DNA from: a candidate division WOR-3 bacterium
GTDB taxonomy: Bacteria > Hydrothermota > Tepidihabitantia > Tepidihabitantales > CAIPLT01
Direction: 5' to 3'
Length of the DNA: 24,436 bases
Assembly: GCA_965649215.1 (NCBI GenBank)
Contig: CBFGJZ010000019.1
Coordinates: 1 to 24,436 of the forward strand
This document shows positions 8,863 to 17,110 of this stretch, one piece after another. The notes under the pieces were generated by a model. It saw only the letters and a program-made list of their open reading frames with translations. It was not told the origin of the DNA and did no database searches. Within the stretch, counting starts at the first letter, position 1; each line of letters opens with the position of its first letter. A program made the translations under genes and the position numbers.

Positions 8863-10167
8863 ATGTTAGGTAATGTTCCAAATATCTTTAAAATTCCTGA
8901 TTTACGAAAAAAGATTTTAATTACAATTGGTTTAGTTGCAGTCTATCGTTTAGGAAGTCACATTCCTACACCTGGTATCAATGCCGCTGCTTTAGCACTT
9001 TTATTAAATCAAATGCGGGGAACTGTCTTTGGACTATATGATATCTTTGTCGGTGGTGCACTGTCTCGTGCTTCTATTTTTGCCCTTGGTATTATGCCTT
9101 ACATCTCGGCATCGATTATCTTTCAATTATTAGGTTCGGTTTTCCCGTATTTAGAAAAATTACAAAGAGATGAAGAAGGTCGTAAAAAAATAAATCAATA
9201 CACCCGATATGCGACAGTTGCTTTGGCGGCAATTCAAGCTACTGCAATTGCTGCTTACCTACAAGCCCAACCGCCGACCGCAGCAGGTCCCATCGTTATG
9301 ATGGGTGGATTTTTCTTCCGCTTTATTACAATTGCAACCATGATCGCAGGTACCATCTTTGTCATGTGGTTAGGAGAACAAATCACTGACAAAGGTATTG
9401 GTAATGGTATCTCGTTTATTATTTTTGTTGGTTGTTTAGATACAATTCCCCAAGACATTGGTCGCACTTTACAGATGATGCGGGCAGGAGAAATATCTTG
9501 GTTGGCTTTAATTCTCATCATTGCGATTATCTTTGGTGTTTATGCAGGCGTTGTTTTAATTACCCAGGCCATGCGTAAAATACCAGTCCAATATCCAAAA
9601 CGGATTGTGGGTCGCAAAATGTATGGCGGACAGTCAACTTATATACCCTTACGCATTAATACCGCAGGAGTTATCCCAATTATCTTTGCCCAAAGTCTCA
9701 TTGTTTTTCCATCAACTATGGCTGCATTTATCAAAGCTGATTGGATTCAATCTTTACAACGTTTCATGGCTCCAGGCGGATGGTTATACAGTATAATTTT
9801 TGGTGGTCTGATTATATTTTTCACTTATTTTTATACATCTGTTGTCTTTAATCCGCGCGATATGGCGGACAACATGCAAAGATATGGTGGCTTTATTCCG
9901 GGTATTAGACCTGGTGAACGAACCGCTGAATATATTGACCGCAGCTTATCCCTTTTAACATTTCCTGGCGCTATCTTTTTAGCGATCATGGCGCTTTTGC
10001 CATATTACCTAATGAATTTGTTAAAAGTACCATTCTATTTTGGCGGCACAACCCTTCTTATTATTGTTGGCGTTGCCTTAGACACTATTCAACAAATTGA
10101 ATCTCATTTGGTGATGCGGCATTATGAAGGATTGTTAAAGGGCACCAAAATAAAAGGTCGCCGTTAA
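8863..10167 (+). CDS. secY: Preprotein translocase subunit SecY
   Basis: SIFALGIMPYISASII, WLGEQIT.KGIGNGISFII, FIPGIRPG, FGGTTLLIIVGV. Confidence 0.98.
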   Translation: MLGNVPNIFKIPDLRKKILITIGLVAVYRLGSHIPTPGINAAALALLLNQMRGTVFGLYDIFVGGALSRASIFALGIMPYISASIIFQLLGSVFPYLEKLQRDEEGRKKINQYTRYATVALAAIQATAIAAYLQAQPPTAAGPIVMMGGFFFRFITIATMIAGTIFVMWLGEQITDKGIGNGISFIIFVGCLDTIPQDIGRTLQMMRAGEISWLALILIIAIIFGVYAGVVLITQAMRKIPVQYPKRIVGRKMYGGQSTYIPLRINTAGVIPIIFAQSLIVFPSTMAAFIKADWIQSLQRFMAPGGWLYSIIFGGLIIFFTYFYTSVVFNPRDMADNMQRYGGFIPGIRPGERTAEYIDRSLSLLTFPGAIFLAIMALLPYYLMNLLKVPFYFGGTTLLIIVGVALDTIQQIESHLVMRHYEGLLKGTKIKGRR

Positions 10168-10211
10168 TTCTTCATTTGCTCATACCGATGGGTAAATCCC
10201 AATAATAATTT

Positions 10212-10985
10212 ATGGTAAAAGTGGCAGTGCTTTTTACTGCGGGAACTAATTGTGACGAAGAAACAATTTTAGCATTTACTAAAGCAGGAGCAAAAACAGA
10301 AAGATTATATCTCAACAGTTTGAAAAAAAATCACCTCATTCTTAAAAAATATCAAATTCTTGTAATTCCTGGTGGGTTTACCTATGGTGATTATATCAGT
10401 GCTGGTAAAATTCTTGCTAATGAATTACAATATCTATTATCGGATACACTTATGACATTCATCGGTGAAGGTAAATTGTTAATCGGAATTTGTAATGGAT
10501 TTCAAGTCCTTGTTAAAGCCGGTATTTTACCACAAGTTGAAAGTCAACAAGTTGTTACACTCACAACCAATGATTCTAATCGCTTCGAATGTCGCTGGGT
10601 GTATCTCAAAACAAACGAAGCGAGCCCCTGTGTTTTTAGTAAAGGTCTTTCTATCTTCCCAATACCGGTTGCGCATGCGGAAGGAAAGTTTATCGTGCGA
10701 AATAAAACAATTTTATATAAACTAAAAAACCATCACCAGATTGTCTTTACCTATACAAATCCACAAAATGGTATGGCAAAATATCCTGATAATCCCAATG
10801 GTTCAATTGAAAACATTGCCGGTATTTGTGATCCAACTGGTCGTATTTTAGGTCTCATGCCCCATCCTGAACGAGCATCATTTTTTTATCAATATCCCAC
10901 TCATTATCGATTGAAATACAATGAACCTTTAGCATTTAAAATATTTTCAAACGCGGTGGAGTATGCCCAGAAAAACCTGTCCTAA
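10212..10985 (+). CDS. purQ: Phosphoribosylformylglycinamidine synthase glutaminase subunit
   Basis: GTNCD.E, PGGFTYGD, GICNGFQ (catalytic Cys), AHAEG, NPNGS, MPHPER. Confidence 0.95.
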   Translation: MVKVAVLFTAGTNCDEETILAFTKAGAKTERLYLNSLKKNHLILKKYQILVIPGGFTYGDYISAGKILANELQYLLSDTLMTFIGEGKLLIGICNGFQVLVKAGILPQVESQQVVTLTTNDSNRFECRWVYLKTNEASPCVFSKGLSIFPIPVAHAEGKFIVRNKTILYKLKNHHQIVFTYTNPQNGMAKYPDNPNGSIENIAGICDPTGRILGLMPHPERASFFYQYPTHYRLKYNEPLAFKIFSNAVEYAQKNLS

Positions 10986-11298
10986 TCAATCTTTGCGCAT
11001 TCAAAATCATCCGATTTTAAATTTCAATAAAGGTAAATTAGTAAAATTTTATTTTGAAGGTAAAGAATTATCAGGCTATGAAGGTGAAGCAATTGCCGCA
11101 GCATTAATTGCAAATGGCATAAAAATATTCCGCATCACTGAAAAAATGAGACGCCCTCGGGGATTTTTCTGTGCGGTTGGAAAATGTTCTTCATGTCTTA
11201 TGACCGTCAACTCAGTTCCGAATGTAATGGTCTGTATCGAACCTTTAAAAGAAGGAATGACAATCTCAAGACAAAAAGGCAGGGGTAAACTACTCTAA
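10963..11298 (+). CDS. (2Fe-2S)-binding protein, sarcosine oxidase alpha N-terminal / HcnA-like
   Basis: GEAIAAAL.ANG, RPRGFFCAVGKCSSC.M.V...PNV..C..P..EGM. Confidence 0.88.
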   Translation: MPRKTCPNQSLRIQNHPILNFNKGKLVKFYFEGKELSGYEGEAIAAALIANGIKIFRITEKMRRPRGFFCAVGKCSSCLMTVNSVPNVMVCIEPLKEGMTISRQKGRGKLL

Positions 11299-11361
11299 TG
11301 CAACACAATAATAGAATATGGCTATGGTGGTAATTTCTCATGAGCTTCTTATATTAATAAT

Positions 11362-12462
11362 ATGAATACCAATAAATTCAATCTGGAATCGGAAATACTA
11401 ATCATCGGTGGTGGTCCAGCTGGACTATCTGCAGCAATTGTTGCTGCAGAATTAGGTGCTAAAGTTATTATTGTTGATGATAATTTAACTCCAGGTGGAC
11501 AACTTATCAAGCAGACCCATAAATTTTTTGGATCGCAGAGTCATTATTGTGGTATCCGTGGCATCAATATTGCTCAAATTTTAAGTCAAAAAATAAATCA
11601 CCCAAACATAACTTTCTTAAATAACACTTCGGTAATTGGCTATTACGAACATAATATAATTGCCGCGGTGCAAAATGATACCCTGTTAAAAATTCACGCC
11701 CCTAGTTTAATAGTAGCAACGGGCGCAACTGAAAATTTGATTGCTTTTCCCAATAATGATCTTCCTGGTGTTTATGGTGCGGGCGCCGTGCAAACTCTAA
11801 TGAATGTACACGGGGTCAAACCAGGTCAAAAAGCACTTATGGTCGGTTCTGGAAATATTGGATTAATTGTTTCTTATCAAATGATGCAAGCTGGCATTCA
11901 AGTTGTCGCGCTAATTGAAATTATGAATCGCATTGGTGGTTATCATGTTCATGCTGCAAAATTAAGGCGTTTAGGAGTGCCAATTTTAACTTCACATACT
12001 ATTAAATATGCGATTGGCAAAGATTCTGTTTGTGGGGCCATAATTGTCAAGGTCAATAATAAATATCAACCTATTAAAGGAAGTGAAAGAAAACTATCGG
12101 TTGATATGATCTGTTTGGCTGTTGGTCTCACACCTTTATCTGAACTTTTATATCAAGCTGGCTGTAAAATAGTTTATATTCCTGAACTCGGTGGAAATGT
12201 TGCATGGCATAATGAAAATATGGAAACCTCAATCCCAGGAATTTTTGTTGCTGGTGATGTTTCGGGTATTGAAGAAGCGTCAACCGCAATGCTCGAAGGT
12301 CGGATTGCCGGTGCGAGCGCTTATCAATACCTAAAAGGTATTAACAACCAAGCTCAAAAAATTATCGAACAAGCTAAACAAGAACTTACCGAAATTCGTC
12401 AAGGACCTTTTGGAAACAAACCCAGAATAGGTAAAGAAAAACTACAATCTCTTAAAATATAA
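11362..12462 (+). CDS. FAD/NAD(P)-dependent oxidoreductase, sarcosine oxidase / proline dehydrogenase alpha-like (HcnB-like)
   Basis: IIGGGPAGL, GGQLIKQTHKFFGS, VATGA.E, GSGNIGL, FVAGD.SGIEEASTAMLEG. Confidence 0.88.
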   Translation: MNTNKFNLESEILIIGGGPAGLSAAIVAAELGAKVIIVDDNLTPGGQLIKQTHKFFGSQSHYCGIRGINIAQILSQKINHPNITFLNNTSVIGYYEHNIIAAVQNDTLLKIHAPSLIVATGATENLIAFPNNDLPGVYGAGAVQTLMNVHGVKPGQKALMVGSGNIGLIVSYQMMQAGIQVVALIEIMNRIGGYHVHAAKLRRLGVPILTSHTIKYAIGKDSVCGAIIVKVNNKYQPIKGSERKLSVDMICLAVGLTPLSELLYQAGCKIVYIPELGGNVAWHNENMETSIPGIFVAGDVSGIEEASTAMLEGRIAGASAYQYLKGINNQAQKIIEQAKQELTEIRQGPFGNKPRIGKEKLQSLKI

Positions 12463-12504
12463 TCTACATCTATTGGATTCCCAACGAAATGTCATATTCT
12501 CATA

Positions 12505-12533
12505 TTGACTTTACAATAATTTTAAAGTATGCT
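12505..12533 (+). promoter_or_regulatory. Putative sigma70 promoter for the EF-G paralog
   Basis: TTGACT (12505-12510), 17 nt, TATGCT (12528-12533). Confidence 0.55.
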
Positions 12534-12548
12534 TATATTTAAATATTA

Positions 12549-12630
12549 TCGGTAGACGAAACACGCGAATAGAAATAAAATTATTAAAGAGTGGTAATAT
12601 CCTATTCGCGAATTCGTTGATTATCGGAGG
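12549..12630 (+). promoter_or_regulatory. Structured 5' leader (long interrupted hairpin) abutting the SD of the EF-G paralog
   Basis: Nested complementary arms CGGTAG/TTATCG, ACGAA/TTCGT, CGCGAATAG/CTATTCGCG and ATTATTA/TGGTAAT (some G-U pairs); SD GGAGG at 12626-12630. Confidence 0.6.
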
Positions 12631-12635
12631 CGAAT

Positions 12636-14726
12636 GTGAAAGAATATAGTAGTGATAAGATAATTAATCTCGGTTTTTTTGGTCACGGTGGTTGTGGTAA
12701 AACCACCATTGGTGAGGCAATCTTATATTTATTAAAACAGAATACCCGACTGGGTAGAGTTGATGATGGAACTTCGTTGCTAAATTATGATGAAGACGAA
12801 ATTGTCCGTAAAATTAGTATTAATTTAGCATTGGGATATGGTGAATACAAAGACTATTATTTTAATATTGTGGACACACCCGGTTATGCAGATTTTGTTG
12901 GTGAGGTGCTTTCTGGTCTTCGAGCAATTGATTGTGGAGTTGTGGTGATTGATGCGTCCTCAGGAATTGAAGTAGGCACGGAAATGGTTTGGCGATATCT
13001 TAATAAAGAAGAATTGCCCCGTTTAATTTTTGTCAATAAACTTAGAAAAGAACATGCCGAATTTAATAAAGTTTTAAGTGAAATAACTAAAGAATGGGGA
13101 AGCGGGGTCTGTCCTTTGTTTCTTCCCATCGGTCAAGAAGCGAATTTTCATGGTTTAGTTGACATCTTAGCTAATAAAGCTTATTCATATGAAAACAGCC
13201 AACGTAAAGAAATTTCGATTCCTCCAGAATTACAAGAACAGATAAAGACTTATAAAGAAAAAATTATCGAAGCCGCTTCTGAAGTGTCTGACGAGATAAT
13301 GACTAAATTCTTAGAAGGCGGTGACATTAGTCTCGAGGAACTAAAAGCAGCAGTAAAAGAAGGAATTAGACAACATAAAATTTTCCCTGTTTTATGTGGC
13401 GATGCTTACGATAATATTGGAATTATTGAATTACTTGATTTGTGTTGTGCAATGACCAGTGGTTTTGCGTTAAGTCGTGAATTCAAAGTACTTGACATGA
13501 AGAAAAATCAAACGGTTACCCTTAAGCCCGATCCCAATGGGATACCAATTGTTTTTGTTTTTAAGACTGTTTCAGAACCCCATATTGGGGATATGAATTA
13601 TGTGCGAGTTTTATCTGGCACGTTGCAAGCCGGCAGCACTCTTTTTAATACTACTGTCGAGCGAGAAGAAAAAATTAATCAAATCTATTACATTAAAGGT
13701 AAAGAACGCATTGAAACCAATAAACTACGCACCGGTGAGATTGGCGCATTAGTTAAATTGAAGCAAACAAAAACCTCTGATACTTTAACCAGTGCTCAAG
13801 AACCTTATAAAGTTCCTCCCATCGAATTCCCAGCACCATCAATTTCTGTAGCAATCGTCCCGAAATCAAAAGGTGATGAAGAAAAGGTATCAAATGGTCT
13901 GGCTCGTTTGCACGAAGAAGACCCTACCTTTACTTATCAATATGACACTGAATTAAAACAACAAGTTATCTCTGGACTAGGGGAATTACATTTAGATATC
14001 ATTATTGGTCGTCTCAAGAGAAAATTTGATGTCTCAGTAGATTTAGAAAAACCAAGAATTCCCTATCGCGAAACCATTGTTAAAAAGGCTGAAGCACAAG
14101 GTAAATACAAAAAACAAAGTGGTGGACGTGGACAATATGGAGATGTATGGTTGCGATTAGAACCCAAAGAACGAGGTAGTGGTTATGAATTCGTTGATGA
14201 AATCTACGGCGGCGCCGTGCCTGCGAAGTACATACCTTCAGTCGAAAAAGGTGTTTTAGAAACAATGGCTAATGGTGTTTTAGCGGGTTATCCCGTAATT
14301 GATGTTAAAACCACAATTTACGATGGTTCATATCACGAAGTTGATTCTTCAGATATTGCCTTTAAGATTGCCGCTCAATTAGCGTTCAAAGCAGCTTGTG
14401 AAAAAGCCGGGATGGTGATTTTAGAACCGATTTGTGATGTTGAAGTAACAGTACCCGAACAATATGTTGGTGACATTATGGGCGATCTAAACGCCCGAAG
14501 GGGACGCATCATGGGTATCGAAGCTGAAGGCCGTCTGCAAGTTATTAAAGCAAAAGTACCTCAAGCGGAAATGTATAAATATTCTAACACCCTCCGTTCT
14601 ATCACCCAGGGACGCGGTTTCTTCACAATGAAATTTTCCCATTATGAAGAAGCACCTCGCGATGTTATGAACAAAGTGATTGAAGAAGCCAAAAAATATA
14701 AAGAGGCAAGTCAAGAGAAACAATAA
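12636..14726 (+). CDS. fusA: Elongation factor G paralog (EF-G2-like)
   Basis: Full five-domain EF-G length; GHGGCGKTT, RKISI, DTPGY, EEDPTF, GLGELHL, QSGGRGQYG, SYHEVDSS; GTG start with SD GGAGG; not in the str operon. Confidence 0.93.
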   Translation: MKEYSSDKIINLGFFGHGGCGKTTIGEAILYLLKQNTRLGRVDDGTSLLNYDEDEIVRKISINLALGYGEYKDYYFNIVDTPGYADFVGEVLSGLRAIDCGVVVIDASSGIEVGTEMVWRYLNKEELPRLIFVNKLRKEHAEFNKVLSEITKEWGSGVCPLFLPIGQEANFHGLVDILANKAYSYENSQRKEISIPPELQEQIKTYKEKIIEAASEVSDEIMTKFLEGGDISLEELKAAVKEGIRQHKIFPVLCGDAYDNIGIIELLDLCCAMTSGFALSREFKVLDMKKNQTVTLKPDPNGIPIVFVFKTVSEPHIGDMNYVRVLSGTLQAGSTLFNTTVEREEKINQIYYIKGKERIETNKLRTGEIGALVKLKQTKTSDTLTSAQEPYKVPPIEFPAPSISVAIVPKSKGDEEKVSNGLARLHEEDPTFTYQYDTELKQQVISGLGELHLDIIIGRLKRKFDVSVDLEKPRIPYRETIVKKAEAQGKYKKQSGGRGQYGDVWLRLEPKERGSGYEFVDEIYGGAVPAKYIPSVEKGVLETMANGVLAGYPVIDVKTTIYDGSYHEVDSSDIAFKIAAQLAFKAACEKAGMVILEPICDVEVTVPEQYVGDIMGDLNARRGRIMGIEAEGRLQVIKAKVPQAEMYKYSNTLRSITQGRGFFTMKFSHYEEAPRDVMNKVIEEAKKYKEASQEKQ

Positions 14727-14777
14727 ATATCTCTAAGATTAACTTCAATATTAAGCTGTTAGCAAGGGCAAGTCGCG

Positions 14778-15863
14778 ATGTTTTCTGATGAATACTTTAT
14801 GCAACAAGCAATTGCTTTAGCCGAGCGGGGTCGTGGTTATGTTTCGCCTAATCCCTTGGTTGGAGCAATTATTGTTAAAAACAACAAAATTATCGCGACC
14901 GGTTATCATAAAAAATTTGGCGATGCCCATGCTGAAATTAATGCCCTAAGAAATGCCAAAACATCACTTCGTGGTGCCACACTTTATGTCACATTAGAAC
15001 CGTGTAATTTTTTAGAAAAGAAAACACCACCTTGCGCCCCTGCAATTATTGAAAGCGGTATTAAAAGAGTTGTGATTGGCACGCAAGATTGTAATCCTAA
15101 AACCTGTGGAAAAGGTATTGGGGCATTACGTCAAGCGGGTATTAAAATCAAAGTTGGGGTATTAAAACAAGTAATTGAAAAACAGAATGAATCTTATTTT
15201 AAGTTTATGCGAACCGGTCTACCGTGGGTTAATCTAAAATTGGCTTTAAGTTTAGATGGTCGTCTTGCAAATCAAAAAGGACAATCAAAATGGATTACCA
15301 ACAAACTCAGTCGTCAAGATGCTCAAACCTTACGTAAAGAAAATGATGCTATTTTAGTCGGTATCAACACTATCTTACATGACAATCCTCGCTTAACTTG
15401 TCGGATTGAGAGAAAAAAGAAATTGCTGCGCGTTATCTTAGACCCCAACTTTCAAATACCAACTGGAGCACAAGTCCTAAAAGGTAAAAATCCAACCCTT
15501 GTTTTAATTAGTAATCAGATAAATATCAATGCCAAAAAGTTAAACTATTTAAGAAAGAATGTTGAAATCATCTCACGACCAACTTATCATGGTCTTTTCT
15601 CTTGGCCTGATATCTTGACTATGTTAGCTAAGCGAAATATTGCCAGCCTGCTTATTGAAGGAGGTGCTCAAGTTGCAAGTTCTGCTTTACAAGCAAAAAT
15701 TGTTGATAAAATATATTTCTACTATGCTCCCAAAATTTTAGGGGCAGGCCTCACTTTTTCAGATCACCTAACATTAAACAATCTTAAATCAGCACTTATC
15801 CTCAAATCATACCAAATCAAACCGCTCGGTCACGATTTTCTACTCCAAGGATATCTCCATTAA
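14778..15863 (+). CDS. ribD: Bifunctional riboflavin deaminase/reductase
   Basis: PNPLVGA, HAE, TLEPC...TPPC, SLDG, KWIT, ILVGINT...DNPRLT, IEGG. Confidence 0.96.
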   Translation: MFSDEYFMQQAIALAERGRGYVSPNPLVGAIIVKNNKIIATGYHKKFGDAHAEINALRNAKTSLRGATLYVTLEPCNFLEKKTPPCAPAIIESGIKRVVIGTQDCNPKTCGKGIGALRQAGIKIKVGVLKQVIEKQNESYFKFMRTGLPWVNLKLALSLDGRLANQKGQSKWITNKLSRQDAQTLRKENDAILVGINTILHDNPRLTCRIERKKKLLRVILDPNFQIPTGAQVLKGKNPTLVLISNQININAKKLNYLRKNVEIISRPTYHGLFSWPDILTMLAKRNIASLLIEGGAQVASSALQAKIVDKIYFYYAPKILGAGLTFSDHLTLNNLKSALILKSYQIKPLGHDFLLQGYLH

Positions 15864-15903
15864 AAACAGTTGACAAATCGCTAATTGTTGTTTTTAATTA
15901 TTT

Positions 15904-16518
15904 ATGTTTACGGGGATTATTGAGACTCTCGGTAAAGTTAGGGCAATCCAAAATAAAGGTCGCAATCGGATTTTTGTTATTGAAAGCAACATCGCCTCAG
16001 CATTAAAAATATCTGATAGTATTGCCATTAATGGTTGCTGCCTGACGGTCATAAAAAGAGAAAAAGAAACCATTGCGGTTGAAGCAATTAGTGAAACTTA
16101 TCGCAATACTAATCTCATATCTTTACAAAAGGGCGATTATGTAAATTTAGAGCGTGCCCTAAAAATTTCGGATCGACTTGATGGCCATCTTGTCCAAGGA
16201 CATATTGACGAAGTCGCTCCGATTATATCCATCAGAAAAACTTCGGACTGGGTGGCAATGGAAATTCGCATTTCTGAGACAAATCGTAACTTTATTGTCG
16301 CTAAAGGTTCAATTGCAGTTGATGGCATTAGTTTAACGATTGCCAAATGTAATACCTTAAAATTCACTACAAATATTATTCCTTTTACTTATGAACATAC
16401 CAACTTAAAATATAAAAAAGTCGGTGATATGGTTAATCTTGAATTTGATATTATTGCCAAATATCTTAAACAATATATCCACCAGCATTCTCACACCTTA
16501 CGGAGGAGTTTATTTTAA
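15904..16518 (+). CDS. ribE: Riboflavin synthase (alpha chain)
   Basis: MFTGII N-terminus, SIAINGCCLTV, VNLERA, GHLVQGHID, GSIAVDGISLT. Confidence 0.96.
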   Translation: MFTGIIETLGKVRAIQNKGRNRIFVIESNIASALKISDSIAINGCCLTVIKREKETIAVEAISETYRNTNLISLQKGDYVNLERALKISDRLDGHLVQGHIDEVAPIISIRKTSDWVAMEIRISETNRNFIVAKGSIAVDGISLTIAKCNTLKFTTNIIPFTYEHTNLKYKKVGDMVNLEFDIIAKYLKQYIHQHSHTLRRSLF

Positions 16519-17045
16519 ATATCCTTTTACTTCTTTCTTTAACTATAAATCTTGATCAATCGATCTATCAGACTATTGAAAAATGGCATAATCCAACCAT
16601 GGATAAAATAATGAAAGTGCCTGAATATATTTCAAACCCAATTGTTTTATCAACTGCTAATTTGACGGTCTTTTATTTCGGTTCGGAAAAAGAAGCGCGA
16701 GTTGCAAAACTTGCAGTCACTGCTTGGGCAGGTAGTGCGTTAACAACTTTTGCTTTAAAATCAGCCTTTAATCGTGAACGCCCGGCTAAAGAAAGCCCAC
16801 GCTACAACTCATCTTTTCCTTCTGGGCACACTGCGAATTGGTTTTCGTTAGCAACGGTTTATGGTAAAAAATATCCAAAACTCATTATCCCTTTATATTT
16901 AACGGGTCTTGCAGTTGGCCTCTCTCGAATCTATCAAGGTGAACATTATCCTTCTGATGTTTTAACCGGTGCTGCTATCGGTATTGCCTTTGGGTATTTA
17001 ACTTTAAAATTAGAAAAACAACTCGCTAAACTTCCGTTCTTTTAA
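16512..17045 (+). CDS. PAP2-family phosphatase (first ATG at 16599; coding region probably starts upstream, at ATT 16512)
   Basis: Intact C1 KSAFNRERP, C2 SFPSGH, C3 SRIYQGEHYPSD; the open frame upstream of 16599 reads ILNILLLLSLTINLDQSIYQTIEKWHNPT, and SD GGAGGAG sits at 16502-16508. Product call is firm; the start is inferred. Confidence 0.85.
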   Translation: MLNILLLLSLTINLDQSIYQTIEKWHNPTMDKIMKVPEYISNPIVLSTANLTVFYFGSEKEARVAKLAVTAWAGSALTTFALKSAFNRERPAKESPRYNSSFPSGHTANWFSLATVYGKKYPKLIIPLYLTGLAVGLSRIYQGEHYPSDVLTGAAIGIAFGYLTLKLEKQLAKLPFF

Positions 17046-17110
17046 TTTAGCCATTTATAAAATAACTATTGACAGATAGTTTTTACATTCAGAATAATCT
17101 GTGAGGGAAG

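Noticed and set aside
12463-12520. Possible read-through or remnant of a ferredoxin subunit after the FAD oxidoreductase
   Set aside because: Only 18 codons, no Cys motif, and it overlaps the fusA promoter.
14727-14777. FMN riboswitch upstream of ribD
   Set aside because: The gap is only about 50 nt and has no RFN consensus.
15870-15898. Internal promoter before ribE
   Set aside because: TTGACA is present, but the best -10 (TTTAAT) lacks the conserved second-position A; too weak to list.
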